Of a stretch of 34,188 bases of DNA, positions 1-9,223 are shown piece by piece. Below the pieces are notes generated by a model. It did not search any database and was not told the DNA's origin. It saw only the letters and a program-made list of their open reading frames with translations. Location: the IMG/VR virus record IMGVR_UViG_3300014656_000083, positions 1 through 34,188 of that record. The stretch is one strand, 5' to 3'. How positions within the stretch are numbered: the first letter of the stretch is position 1; every line of letters begins with the position of its first letter. This DNA comes from a virus (taxonomy: Duplodnaviria > Caudoviricetes). A program made the translations under genes and the position numbers.

Positions 1-63
1 GCCAATAGTCAAGGGCATACAGGGAGCAGCCTATTCGCTTACTTACCGCATATTTGATTGCCC
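1..63. repeat. Terminal direct repeat, identical to 34126..34188 (circular assembly overlap)
   Basis: gccaatagtc...gattgccc is identical at both ends, and an ORF is continuous across the join. Confidence 0.97.
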
Positions 64-295
64 CGTCCTCTAATTCCTTCACGGCCGCTATTTTTACGGC
101 CTTTGGGTAGCGTTTGCCCCTATTTTGACACGGCAACTGTGGCCTAGTTATTTTCTCCACGACTCCCCCCTTTCTCCGGCTCTTATCCTCAGCCTCGCCA
201 TTCTGCACGCGGGGCCCATTGTACCCACATTGTAGGCAGTCGAGGTCATCGCCATCTATTATGAGCTGGCCACCGCATCTCGGGCAGTCTTCCAT
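1..295 (-). CDS. 5' part of a junction-spanning 228-aa protein: Zn ribbon, two HTH-like units, coiled coil
   Basis: RBS aggag; MEDCPRCGG...DCLQCGY...RYPKAVKIAAVKEL...ALDYW continues in frame at 34125 into the 33734..33988 ORF. Confidence 0.85.
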   Translation of the reverse strand, partial: MEDCPRCGGQLIIDGDDLDCLQCGYNGPRVQNGEAEDKSRRKGGVVEKITRPQLPCQNRGKRYPKAVKIAAVKELEDGAIKYAVSKRIGCSLYALDYW

Positions 296-359
296 ATTGT
301 CTCCTGGTTTCCTTATGTGTCGCTATCCCCTAAAATCCCCGCTAAGGTGTCAAACTGCC

Positions 360-557
360 TCATTTTGGGGTCTCTTCAAGAATACAGGGAGTTACATTAT
401 CCCGAGGTGGGATATAGTGCGCAAAGATTTGACTACAGGCAATGTCTCCCTCCTGTTTCTTTAGCCCCTGGAGGGTACATGTCCCTTTATCAAGCAGGTC
501 GCAGTTGCCACAGATACAAATCTTAATCGGAATTGTAGGTATATCATTTTTATTCAT
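360..557 (-). CDS. Small Cys-rich hypothetical protein
   Basis: CICGNC...C...C; purine-rich RBS; co-oriented with neighbours. Confidence 0.55.
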   Translation of the reverse strand: MNKNDIPTIPIKICICGNCDLLDKGTCTLQGLKKQEGDIACSQIFAHYIPPRDNVTPCILEETPK

Positions 558-579
558 CGCCGCGTCCCTCTCTTAAAGG

Positions 580-613
580 TTTGGGGGGTGAGTCACAGCC
601 CACACCCCCCAAA
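580..613 (-). terminator. GC-rich hairpin, probable terminator
   Basis: 11-bp stem tttggggggtg/caccccccaaa just after the stop at 616. Confidence 0.7.
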
Positions 614-615
614 GG

Positions 616-936
616 TTACTTCTCCGGCTCTGCCTCCAGGATAAGCTCGGCAACCTTTGCAGCTAGGACAGAAAGCATAGCATCTTGAGTGCTTGCAGAC
701 CGGGCCTCCAGTAAATCAGTGATGTTGACGTTCCAAGCCCTGTCTACAAATATGCCGAACGTAGCCAAAGCATACTGATTAGCCAAGTGCCGAGTTGTAG
801 CAGCATCCTGCGCTGCCTGGAGCTTCACTGTATCCAGGTCGTTTTGCTGCTTCTGTAGTTGGGAGTAGGTATTCATCGTGAGGGCGGCCCACGATTCATC
901 CTTCCCCGTCTCGAACTCCCGTTCACCTTTTGGCAT
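616..936 (-). CDS. Helical hypothetical protein
   Basis: Doubled RBS aaggaggtaaaggaggt; followed by a hairpin. Confidence 0.75.
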   Translation of the reverse strand: MPKGEREFETGKDESWAALTMNTYSQLQKQQNDLDTVKLQAAQDAATTRHLANQYALATFGIFVDRAWNVNITDLLEARSASTQDAMLSVLAAKVAELILEAEPEK

Positions 937-1052
937 TCCAAACACCTCCTTTACCTCCTTGTATCACTTAGGGCTGCTGTGTTTGCCCTCGATAAATCCT
1001 CCTCTTATATCTATTCAACGGCCATGGCCAGCTCGCCCCCCTCTTAATTTTA

Positions 1053-1243
1053 GGCAACTATCCCTTTGGAGCACTATCAAGCGAGGTATCGATGGGGTTA
1101 ATCATTCCGTTAGCCCTTTGCACCTTCAGTCTTACCTTGATTCCTATATTTACCGCTATAACCATCGGAAGGATGAGCAGCCGATGTTCTTATCCCTTTT
1201 GAATCGGATTCCTTGTTTGGTAAAGGTTGAGCAGCCCTTTTAA
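1053..1243 (+). pseudogene. IS1595-family transposase C-terminal remnant
   Basis: LWSTIKRGIDGVNHSVSPLHLQSYLDSYIYRYNHR resembles the IS1595 C-terminus; N-terminus and catalytic core absent. Confidence 0.8.
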
Positions 1244-1304
1244 GCAGGCGCTCAAAGGCTCTCTTCGTTAGAGGATGTTTTAAAGTGAATTCTCTCATTG
1301 CCAT
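1110..1304 (-). CDS. Small basic protein convergent on the IS remnant (probable passenger)
   Basis: 64-aa ORF following the 1315 ORF. Confidence 0.5.
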   Translation of the reverse strand: MAMREFTLKHPLTKRAFERLLKRAAQPLPNKESDSKGIRTSAAHPSDGYSGKYRNQGKTEGAKG

Positions 1305-1314
1305 TGTTTGAGTT

Positions 1315-1605
1315 CTATAGTGTATATTCTTCCTGCGACACTTGATTAATCCAATCCCAAATTTCTTTTGGCAACCATCCTTGGTAATATGTCAATTGGT
1401 TGACTAGAAGCAGATCATTTTGCCCTCTTAAAAATGGTTGCAATATTCGTTGTATGTCATCTGGCGTCAAGTTGGTTCCTACTAGCCAAGTTCGCTCCAT
1501 TATTCTTGCCGAACGGGGACCAAGTTGACGAATCATATTAAGGAAATCTACATCCCTTCTTAGCGAGCCAAGCGGTCGGTCATAAGTAATGACATAGATG
1601 TTCAT
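1315..1605 (-). CDS. Cas2/VapD-like ferredoxin-fold small protein (96 aa)
   Basis: MNIYVITYD N-terminal strand, TWLV, YQGWL; AT-richer than flanks. Confidence 0.6.
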   Translation of the reverse strand: MNIYVITYDRPLGSLRRDVDFLNMIRQLGPRSARIMERTWLVGTNLTPDDIQRILQPFLRGQNDLLLVNQLTYYQGWLPKEIWDWINQVSQEEYTL

Positions 1606-1843
1606 TCCTTTGCCCCTTCCTCTTTGTCCTTTAATTGTGCTGGTGGCAGGGGAGTTGGCCGACACCGCCATCTTATGGACGGTTATCGGGGGCTCCGGTG
1701 AGGGTTCTACCGCATTGTGCATCCATCTTAACCCCGGTGACTCCAGGTTTGGCCAATCCGTCGGTCGGTCCGCAGCCATGGTGCCCCTCCTGAATAGCCG
1801 GCGGAGCCAGTTCAGGCTTTTGGTCAACATTTCGGTCAATATT

Positions 1844-2038
1844 CTAGTGATACAGGACAATCTCACGCTCTGCCTTCCCTATTACCAATTTATCCCAGTT
1901 TATCTCGTGATTACGAGTAAACTGCCGCTCCTCGCCGCAATATATACACACTCCAGAACAATCAGGATCAGGTTTGATTTTCCAGTAGTGCGTGCATTTA
2001 CGGAGGGGGAATCCTATATTGTGTGTTTGGTGGCTCAT
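1844..2038 (-). CDS. Small Zn-binding protein
   Basis: CTHYW...GVCIYCGEERQF; RBS ggagga. Confidence 0.7.
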   Translation of the reverse strand: MSHQTHNIGFPLRKCTHYWKIKPDPDCSGVCIYCGEERQFTRNHEINWDKLVIGKAEREIVLYH

Positions 2039-2228
2039 TTAATCCTCCTTCCCGCATTCGTAGCAGATCAGCAAGCCCATGCCCCGATACTGCCGGCTCG
2101 CGCTTAACGTGGCTCACCGGCTTACCACCGCTCTTTATCCGGACTTTGCGCTTGCGCTGTTTCTTCTCCGCCCTCAGTTTTGCCGCTTTGTGGTTTAGAC
2201 ATTGCTTCGTTTGTTGCTTATGCCCCAC
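1998..2228 (-). CDS. Basic hypothetical protein
   Basis: RBS gaggag before GTG at 2228; K/R-rich. Confidence 0.5.
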   Translation of the reverse strand: MGHKQQTKQCLNHKAAKLRAEKKQRKRKVRIKSGGKPVSHVKREPAVSGHGLADLLRMREGGLNEPPNTQYRIPPP

Positions 2229-2263
2229 TATCTCATCTCCTCTTTGAAAGTATCTCCAAACTG

Positions 2264-2782
2264 TCAAATTAAGTTACTTTGAACCTTCTTATCTACTGTC
2301 ACAATAGTATCGTTGTGTGCTCCCCCATGACAGACTAATAATATTTCGATAATCTCAAATCCATGAGTCTTGCCCATACCGATAGAATTCCAACCGCAAC
2401 TTATAGCAATGCCGCCCGGTATAATTTTGTCTTCTATGGCTTCCCGTAAATCGCCATAGAAGCTCGTGGCATGGCGGCTTGTGATATTGCCTTTGCCTAT
2501 CTCCATATAACACTCTTTCATTTGGTGATAAGAATAAGGTGGATCAAACAGAATCCCTCGGAATTGACCATCTAGTTGTTTTATAAAATCCAATGCATCA
2601 ATGTGATATTGTGCTGGCATCTCTGGATTTAAGTCATTCCTAAACTCGGCAGGGCTACTCGTGCCAGCAAATGGATCAATCCATCCTTTGCCATCGCCAC
2701 AATACTTAGCTAACAAATCCTTTATCGGAGGAATCTGGAAAGTCCACTTATTCGGCATAGCCCAAACTCTATTTATTAGCAC
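2264..2782 (-). CDS. Compact amino (probably N6-adenine) DNA methyltransferase
   Basis: IDPFAG SAM motif and LFDPPY catalytic motif; GTG start with GGAGG supplied by the duplicated segment. Confidence 0.85.
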   Translation of the reverse strand: MLINRVWAMPNKWTFQIPPIKDLLAKYCGDGKGWIDPFAGTSSPAEFRNDLNPEMPAQYHIDALDFIKQLDGQFRGILFDPPYSYHQMKECYMEIGKGNITSRHATSFYGDLREAIEDKIIPGGIAISCGWNSIGMGKTHGFEIIEILLVCHGGAHNDTIVTVDKKVQSNLI

Positions 2783-2787
2783 TTTAT

Positions 2788-2934
2788 TCCAGCCTCCAGG
2801 CCGGGCACCTCTCTTTATCCCAGCTCCCGTTAGGCACCGGGCACGCCAGGCATGGGTCCTGCAACGACCCCTCTTTATAGATACATTCTCGGCGTCCCTG
2901 AGCCGCCAGGTCTTTAACCAGGCCCCGGAGCCTC
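2788..2934. repeat. 147-bp direct repeat of 3437..3583 (6 mismatches); encodes a 55-aa copy of the 121-aa gene C-terminus (2784..2951, minus)
   Basis: Manual alignment; RLRGLVKDLAAQGRRECIYKEGSLQDPCLACPVPNG in both. Confidence 0.95.
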
Positions 2935-2957
2935 CCCAAAGTGTCTTCCATGCGACT

Positions 2958-3419
2958 CTAACCACTGCTAGGCAGAATCTCCAATATAGAGAGTTTGCCC
3001 GATTTATTTCTACTACAGAATCGCCAGCCAGCCTGCTTGAAACAATAACCAGGGTTCACACTTTTTACTTTTGCATCTGCCACATAGGTATAAAGGCGCT
3101 CGCCAGGCCACCTAATCCATGCCAACTCACAAGCCTCATTAATTAAATCACTAGATAGTATTTCTCCCTCATTCCGGAAGCAGGCACAATTAACACCGCT
3201 TTGATTATCACCACTGATAAACTTACGCCAGATAAATAGGGCATCACACTTAATAGTAATTAACACTATATATTCACCAGGCCCGACAAATTTTCGTCTG
3301 GGCCTCCCATCTCTATATTTACGAGCAGAGTAGTGACGGAGATATAATGCTCTAGCTCTATCATCACCATCTCGAACGGGTATCCAGTTCTCCCCAGCGA
3401 AAAATGCAACCTCATTCAT
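2958..3419 (-). CDS. Phage protein, possibly Mom/GNAT-like DNA modification enzyme
   Basis: LRHYS...LYTYVAD...NPGYCFKQAGW resembles Mom-like motifs; adjacent to the methylase. Confidence 0.55.
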   Translation of the reverse strand: MNEVAFFAGENWIPVRDGDDRARALYLRHYSARKYRDGRPRRKFVGPGEYIVLITIKCDALFIWRKFISGDNQSGVNCACFRNEGEILSSDLINEACELAWIRWPGERLYTYVADAKVKSVNPGYCFKQAGWRFCSRNKSGKLSILEILPSSG

Positions 3420-3429
3420 TTAACCCTCT

Positions 3430-3795
3430 TCACAGCTCCAGCCTCCAGGAGGGGCATCTCTCTTTATCCCATCTTCCGTTAGGCACCGGGCACGCCAGGC
3501 ATGGGTCCTGCAGCGACCCCTCTTTATAGATACATTCTCGGCGTCCCTGAGCCGCCAGGTCTTTAACCAGGCCCCGGAGCCTCACCACGGCGTCGTCCAG
3601 GTTCTCCAGGAATTTATCCTTACCGCTCCCCTCTTCCATCTGCCGGAGTAGGTGCCACCGGTCCCAGATTTTCACATGCCCGTCTTTAATCCGGTGGACC
3701 AGGACACGGATCTCGTTGTTTACCAACGGATTTTCGTTGGTTTCATCGTTTTTTTCGTCGCTGGACCAGAGGCTCATTTGTGGTTTCTTGGCCAT
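3430..3795 (-). CDS. Hypothetical protein with Cys-rich C-terminus
   Basis: Overlaps the helicase end; C...CxxC...C. Confidence 0.75.
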   Translation of the reverse strand: MAKKPQMSLWSSDEKNDETNENPLVNNEIRVLVHRIKDGHVKIWDRWHLLRQMEEGSGKDKFLENLDDAVVRLRGLVKDLAAQGRRECIYKEGSLQDPCLACPVPNGRWDKERCPSWRLEL

Positions 3796-5342
3796 TGAAA
3801 ACTCCTCATTTGCTGTGAATCAACCATAATCACTCCCTGCCGGGCCCGGGTCACAGCGACATACCACACCCTGGCCTCGGTTGCCGAGTCCCCCGCCGCC
3901 TCTTCATGCGTCCTCCTTGCCATATCGGGCAGTATGATCACATGGTCCGCCTCCATTCCCTTGACCGAGTGTATAGTGCCAAGCATGAGGAGGGGTCTGG
4001 CGGTGAGTGCCCCTTCCCCATGCTTGGTGATCACCCTCCTGAAGTATGCCCTATGGGGTGGCGCCATCTTCAGGAGATCCAGGTACTCCTCACTCCCCGC
4101 AAGCCTGATGAACGCGTCAGTCACCTTGTCAAGAAGTGAGGGGAGACGGACCAGATCCCCCGGGATATCCTGGGCTCGCCTCTTGATCTCGGCCTTTAGT
4201 CCCCTCACCAGATAGGGCTTCTGGGGGATATAGTCCAGGAGGTGGGTCAGGATGGACACCGGCAGGGGCTCGTTGCGTAAAAATCTCCGCAATAGCATCA
4301 CCCTGTCCGCGACCTCTCCCCGGAAGGGGGAGCTCCCCCGCAAATTGCCAAAGGGCACGCCCCGCAAATAGAGATCCTCCACCAGGGCGGTGAGGAGATA
4401 TCTATTCCTGACCAGTAGAAAAGCACTCCCCTCAAGATGCTCCACAACATCAAGCGCCCTCTGGACAGGCGACCGCTTAACGTAGCCCTCGGCGTCTCGC
4501 GGTCGATAAGAGGGAGTGCCGGCTAGAATTTGACGGGAGAGCTCATATACCTGCCGGGGGAGGCGAAAACTCTGGTTTAATAGGGTATATGTGTCCGCCT
4601 GCATCGCGTCAAAGAGCTCCGGCCGAGATCCTTGCCACTGGTAAATAGCCTGGAAGGGGTCGCCGGCGATGTAATGTCTCTCCACTCCATTGAGCCAGAG
4701 ATCGATGACTCTGAGCTGCAAAGGGGAGCAGTCCTGCGCCTCGTCCAGTACGAGAACACGCACCCCGGGGGTCAACCCTTGCCTCAGCACCTCGATCAAC
4801 ATATCTGAAAAATCATAAAGACCGTTGTCTTTTTTATATGTGTCATATCTTTCCTGAAACTTAATCACCACCGGCAGCGACCACCCCAGAGGCAGGTACT
4901 CCATCCGCATGAACGTGCGATAAGCCTGCTCGGTATCGAAGAGTAAGTTTTTCCGCCAGCCTTCAAAAAAGAGAAGGTAATCGCCGAGCGTTTTTAGTAC
5001 CCTATCACGCACCTCATACTTGTCGTCATCCTGATACTCAGAGAAGTCGGAGATCTCATAGCCGAAAAACTGAGCGAATTTGCGGAGCTCCGCGCCGGCT
5101 ATCACCTTTTCCTTCGTCAACCCGAGAAGACGGAAGCATTCGGAGTGGATAGTCCTGAAGTGGGGGAACTGGCCATCGGCCGAGATCCTCCGCGATGCTT
5201 CCCTGGCAGCCGCCCGGGTGAAGCTGTAATACCCGATATTCTCCGGGGTGACACCGCTCTCAATTTCCCTTCTCGCCCTATCGATGAGAGCGCGGGTCTT
5301 ACCCGTTCCGGGAGGCCCCTGTAACTTTTCAATAACTGCCAT
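3774..5342 (-). CDS. UvrD/REP-like SF1 helicase
   Basis: GPPGTGKT, FTRAAA, TIHS, LDEAQD, GDPFQAIY, TIHSVKGMEAD, YVAVTRAR. Confidence 0.95.
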   Translation of the reverse strand: MAVIEKLQGPPGTGKTRALIDRARREIESGVTPENIGYYSFTRAAAREASRRISADGQFPHFRTIHSECFRLLGLTKEKVIAGAELRKFAQFFGYEISDFSEYQDDDKYEVRDRVLKTLGDYLLFFEGWRKNLLFDTEQAYRTFMRMEYLPLGWSLPVVIKFQERYDTYKKDNGLYDFSDMLIEVLRQGLTPGVRVLVLDEAQDCSPLQLRVIDLWLNGVERHYIAGDPFQAIYQWQGSRPELFDAMQADTYTLLNQSFRLPRQVYELSRQILAGTPSYRPRDAEGYVKRSPVQRALDVVEHLEGSAFLLVRNRYLLTALVEDLYLRGVPFGNLRGSSPFRGEVADRVMLLRRFLRNEPLPVSILTHLLDYIPQKPYLVRGLKAEIKRRAQDIPGDLVRLPSLLDKVTDAFIRLAGSEEYLDLLKMAPPHRAYFRRVITKHGEGALTARPLLMLGTIHSVKGMEADHVIILPDMARRTHEEAAGDSATEARVWYVAVTRARQGVIMVDSQQMRSFQWPRNHK

Positions 5343-5544
5343 AACAAGCCTCTAATTTCTGTTATATATGGTGGCGATGGAATTTGTTACTTTTGTGTTA
5401 CCGATTGCAGGGGTGTGTGACACATTTGTAACATCGTAAAAGTAACAAAAATAGATACGATGTTACTTTGTTACTCCTTTTATGAAATCCGAAAAATAAA
5501 ATTTTCGGATTTCATCGCTACCATAATAGTAATAATTTGATCCT
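5343..5544. other. Putative replication origin
   Basis: AT-rich gap between primase and helicase; six GTTAC/GTAAC motifs; 11-bp and 14-bp perfect inverted repeats. Confidence 0.6.
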
Positions 5545-7116
5545 TTAGAAGTCGATATTGGGATCTTCCTCGACATGCTCAGCCTCCCCCTTTGGCAATG
5601 CCCACAGAGAGAACGTCTTAACGCCCACGCGGACGTGCTTAGTATCCCCGCCGGCGTCCCTGATCACAGACCAAAGCGCTGATGATCTAATCATTACCTG
5701 GTGCCTTGACCTGAGATAGCTCACCGCATCCTTTGCCCGGAAGTACCAGGTCTTATCTCTTTCCACGGGTCGGCCTGACTGCACATCCTCGCTGGTCTCT
5801 GCCTTGGGCGCACTCTCCAGCCAATCCCTTATCAGATCCACAACCTCCACCCTATCAGAAGCATCGACAGGCGCTGGCTCACACACAACATCCCGGAGCT
5901 TCTCGTCTAAGGCCGCCTCCCATTGCTTCTGAGTCATGTCGATGTTGGGGATAAAGTCGAGCTCCATCATCACAGCCTTTTTAAACCGGCCTATCCTCAT
6001 TAGATCCTCGGGGTCGAGCTCGATCTGGTAGCCGTCTATGGCAGCGCGATAGGTCGGTGGGTGCGATCCGATCTTTGTTAAACCCTGGAGTGCGATTGCG
6101 GTAGACTCCACCTTTTTATCTCCCTCCAGGTATCGCTTGCGATAGACAGGACACTCCGGGGTGCAAAGACCTGCCGCCTCGATGTCGGCACAGCCGAGCT
6201 TATACTTCCCGGTGTAGCCATCCTGCACGCTGCGCTCAATATGTTTAGTCCCCAGGGGCGGATTGTTATAAAGGTGATCCCACTCTAGGAGCGTTGATAA
6301 CGCCAGGACCTCCGGCATTCCCTGGCGGCAAAGGTGGCAGGCAAGACGAAGGGATGCAATATGGCGAAAACCCTCCTCTACCCCTTCCATCATTTTGCCA
6401 AAGCATGGGAGCTGGGCCTTTGTGGGCCTAACGGCGTGCCGGTCCGCCCCGATCGGGGTCGGAAACTCGGCAAGGATGGCGTCCAGGTCTAGCTCGGTTA
6501 TCCGGGGGCTGTCGATGACCTGTTGTATCCCCTGGTCCGGGAGGGGGGCAAAGTCATCGTCTACGAAAAAGGTCTTATTTTTGGTGACCTGGTGGAGCCC
6601 CCATGGGAGCTTGATAGCGTTGCCCGGGTGCTCGATCGATGCCTGGGACTGTTTGGGGAAAGGCACCTCCACCTGGAAGGGTAGGGCGTCATGGTCTTTT
6701 TTATACTGCTCCAGAGCGATGTTGAATAGCTGGTTTGCCTTCTTAGCCGGCACGAAACACTTAAATATAACCCAGACGTGATACCCCTTCCGGCCGCTGT
6801 CCTCTATTAACGCAGTTATATTGAAGTGAGCAATCCACCTCTTTAAATAAAGGGCGAGGTCCCGAGCTGCATCGCCCCTGTCATCGATATCGAGGACGGC
6901 AAGGGGTGAATTCCCGATATCGTTGACCAGGTATCCGGCGATGGTCCATTGCCCCTTACAGTGAGACAGGAGCACATCCTTGGTGAGGGGGCTGCGGTAT
7001 ACAGTATAATCGCCACTCACGCCTTGAACGGCGTAAATATCTTTTCTGCCCAGGAAATGGGTCTCTAGTAGGCCGGCCATCTGCTGAGCGGACTTGTCTG
7101 CTTGCTTTGTGCTCAA
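5545..7116 (-). CDS. AEP primase-polymerase with PriCT-like domain
   Basis: LDIDD, SGRKGYHVW, IKLPWG; EGFRH...NNPPL; Cys cluster. Confidence 0.88.
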   Translation of the reverse strand: MSTKQADKSAQQMAGLLETHFLGRKDIYAVQGVSGDYTVYRSPLTKDVLLSHCKGQWTIAGYLVNDIGNSPLAVLDIDDRGDAARDLALYLKRWIAHFNITALIEDSGRKGYHVWVIFKCFVPAKKANQLFNIALEQYKKDHDALPFQVEVPFPKQSQASIEHPGNAIKLPWGLHQVTKNKTFFVDDDFAPLPDQGIQQVIDSPRITELDLDAILAEFPTPIGADRHAVRPTKAQLPCFGKMMEGVEEGFRHIASLRLACHLCRQGMPEVLALSTLLEWDHLYNNPPLGTKHIERSVQDGYTGKYKLGCADIEAAGLCTPECPVYRKRYLEGDKKVESTAIALQGLTKIGSHPPTYRAAIDGYQIELDPEDLMRIGRFKKAVMMELDFIPNIDMTQKQWEAALDEKLRDVVCEPAPVDASDRVEVVDLIRDWLESAPKAETSEDVQSGRPVERDKTWYFRAKDAVSYLRSRHQVMIRSSALWSVIRDAGGDTKHVRVGVKTFSLWALPKGEAEHVEEDPNIDF

Positions 7117-7142
7117 GACCCTTACCTTAAAGACTCGGGATC

Positions 7143-8261
7143 TTATTCTTCAAACAGACCTTTTTGCTCTTTGTCCTGCATAGTAGGCTTAACCCAATTT
7201 TCCGGCGGCATTGCGCGCAGATCCTCAATCAACGCGGTGGCCGCTTTTTTTGTGAGTCCTTTGTAGGAATCGAGCGCCTGGGCTTCAGTGAGTCCTAACC
7301 TTTCTTTTGCCAGGCGGATAATATAGTTTAATTGCGCTTCAGTTAGCGATCCCCCCTTCTGTTTTGGTTTCGTATCTGGGCCAGTGGTTTTCTTGTCTTT
7401 CCCATCCTCCTCCTCACCGGGAGGCAGGACGCGGTACTCGGCGTCAATTACCTCGAGCGCCATAGTGACACCCTCCGCCCGCTCCATCATCTCTGAAGTC
7501 AGCTCCACCATTCTATGTTTAGCCTCGGGCATGTTCTCCCTGATCCACCGCTTGATCGCTCTTACCCTGGCCTGGTTGCCCGGGAGGTCCGCTGCGGGAG
7601 TCCCCATCGAGTCTGCTTTTTTCTGTTCCCACTGTTTAAACCATCCATAGGCAGATGTCGTCTGCCCCTCGGCCATGTCTTTTGTCCTGCCTGTGGCCTT
7701 CCATACCCAAGCGTCGCTTTCGCCGCAGATCGCCTTCCTGAGCTCGGGGTCGGTGACCGGCTCCACCATGGGAGTGCCGGCCCACTTTTCGGGGCAGCCC
7801 CTTGCCGCCATGGAGAGCATGCCGTCCTCGGTGATGATAGTCACGACCACCTTTTTACCTTTACTTGCGAAGGTTACCGGGACGACCTCCCCCAGGAAGG
7901 GGTCGATATCGAGGCGCCAACAGTTCATAATAAAAAGAGCGGCCGATGGGTGATCCATGTCGGCCGCGGGGAACCTGGTCTTTAACATGGCGATCGCCCG
8001 GTCTAAGTCCGTCCTATTGGGCAGCATTCGCTTGTTGACCTGATTCTCGAAATAGACCGGCACCACGGCGCCCCGGCGCATATCCTGGGTGTAGGTCGTT
8101 CTCTCGATATAGCCCTGGTGACTGCGGTCGATCGGGCAACCGACCTCCAGGCAGTCCTTCTCCGGGTTAGTGCGGATTTGGAGCTCCGCGCCGCAGGAGC
8201 ATACATTCTCCTGTGTTATTCGACGCATCTCGTCGATCTGTTCTTGGGTCGCATTAGCCAT
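7143..8261 (-). CDS. RecT/Bet-like single-strand annealing protein with N-terminal Zn ribbon
   Basis: LFIMNCWRLDIDPFLGEV and ARVRAIKRWIR resemble Bet/RecT motifs; located in the replication module. Confidence 0.6.
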   Translation of the reverse strand: MANATQEQIDEMRRITQENVCSCGAELQIRTNPEKDCLEVGCPIDRSHQGYIERTTYTQDMRRGAVVPVYFENQVNKRMLPNRTDLDRAIAMLKTRFPAADMDHPSAALFIMNCWRLDIDPFLGEVVPVTFASKGKKVVVTIITEDGMLSMAARGCPEKWAGTPMVEPVTDPELRKAICGESDAWVWKATGRTKDMAEGQTTSAYGWFKQWEQKKADSMGTPAADLPGNQARVRAIKRWIRENMPEAKHRMVELTSEMMERAEGVTMALEVIDAEYRVLPPGEEEDGKDKKTTGPDTKPKQKGGSLTEAQLNYIIRLAKERLGLTEAQALDSYKGLTKKAATALIEDLRAMPPENWVKPTMQDKEQKGLFEE

Positions 8262-8451
8262 CTTCGTCCTCCTCGTTTTTTATTAGGTGAATAATGTTGT
8301 TAAATAGCCACTTTGGAATAAGGACGCACCACTCCGCAGAGCCACTATCCCATGCCTCCCAAACAACGGCGTCCTTTAGGAGTTGCTTAACACTGAGGCT
8401 CAATTCACTTCTTCGCAGAAAAAGTGCTGTGCTCACGCACAATGTCGGCAC
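8254..8451 (-). CDS. Small hypothetical protein (start uncertain)
   Basis: Fills the operon gap and overlaps the next start. Confidence 0.4.
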   Translation of the reverse strand: MPTLCVSTALFLRRSELSLSVKQLLKDAVVWEAWDSGSAEWCVLIPKWLFNNIIHLIKNEEDEDG

Positions 8452-8974
8452 ACTGTTTTAGTGTTAAGTTTTCGGCGGCATTGGCGGCGGCATTGCCGGC
8501 ATAGGCGACATAGGCGACATAGGCGGCATAGGCGCCGGCATTGGCGGCATTGGCGACATAGGCGGCATAGGCGCCGGCATTGGCGGCATTGGCGTCGGCG
8601 TTGGGGTAGGCGTCGGTGTCGGCGGCGGCATCGGCGGCATCGGCGGCGGCATCGGCGGCGGCTCTAACATCCTCTAAGGTAATACCATTCTCTTGTCGCG
8701 CCCATGCCTCTGCTGTTTCAATAGCCTTCAATGGCCTTTCTTCACCCTCTTTAACATAGGGTAGTGCCAACCGTGCACACTTGCAGGCAATTAAAACCAA
8801 TTCTCTGCGACTGTCCGACTCAGGCTCACCAGACAGCTCCCCGAGTAACCAGAGCATCCAGTCACCGCGTTCACAGGCTGCCCATGCAGAGGCTAGATTA
8901 TCAAAGTTGTTACACCACTTGGTGGCCTCTCTACAAGCACCCATCTGTGTGATTGGTTTAATCCAGTTTTTCAT
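8405..8974 (-). CDS. Imm5-like phage protein with Ala-rich repeats
   Basis: ERGDWMLWLL, RPLKAIETAEAW, A/Y/D/N low-complexity tail; RBS ggaggg. Confidence 0.75.
   Translation of the reverse strand: MKNWIKPITQMGACREATKWCNNFDNLASAWAACERGDWMLWLLGELSGEPESDSRRELVLIACKCARLALPYVKEGEERPLKAIETAEAWARQENGITLEDVRAAADAAADAADAAADTDAYPNADANAANAGAYAAYVANAANAGAYAAYVAYVAYAGNAAANAAENLTLKQCADIVREHSTFSAKK
8473..8662. repeat. Low-complexity 9-bp-period repeats including a ~39-bp tandem duplication
   Basis: Repeated ggcggcat(t/a/c) units. Confidence 0.85.
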
Positions 8975-8989
8975 TTTACTTTTCCCTCC

Positions 8990-9223
8990 TTAATTCCTTC
9001 TCAGGTGCATTACCATATTGGCTAGACTGCGGTTAAGCCTCGTGCAGTCACCATTGGTCGCTGCTATAACATCCGTCTCTGATACAGAGCCAAATGGTGT
9101 GACGAACAACCGCGTACCCGAATTATAGGTACACTTCGCAGGCTGTAAGCATCTACTAGCCAGCTCCCCGGCTATGATGCTCATACCGAGAGTGACTTGC
9201 CCGTGATTCGGTCTGGGGTCCAT
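8990..9223 (-). CDS. 77-aa hypothetical protein; its 5' end is duplicated upstream in frame
   Basis: RBS aaggggggt and ATG at 9223; alternative start at 9364. Confidence 0.7.
   Translation of the reverse strand: MDPRPNHGQVTLGMSIIAGELASRCLQPAKCTYNSGTRLFVTPFGSVSETDVIAATNGDCTRLNRSLANMVMHLRRN

Noticed and set aside
1-63. Biological terminal repeat or att site
   Set aside because: It lies mid-gene and is best explained as assembly overlap.
1315-1605. CRISPR-Cas locus
   Set aside because: No array and no other cas genes.
2783-2965. N-terminal extension of the methylase
   Set aside because: Off-frame reading of the duplicated segment; a better start exists at 2782.
2788-3583. DGR template/variable repeat pair
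   Set aside because: Mismatches are not confined to adenines, and no reverse transcriptase is evident.
8383-8670. Arg/His-rich and Pro/Met-rich ORFs, or a CRISPR-like repeat
   Set aside because: These are shadow frames of Ala-coding repeats; there are no spacers.
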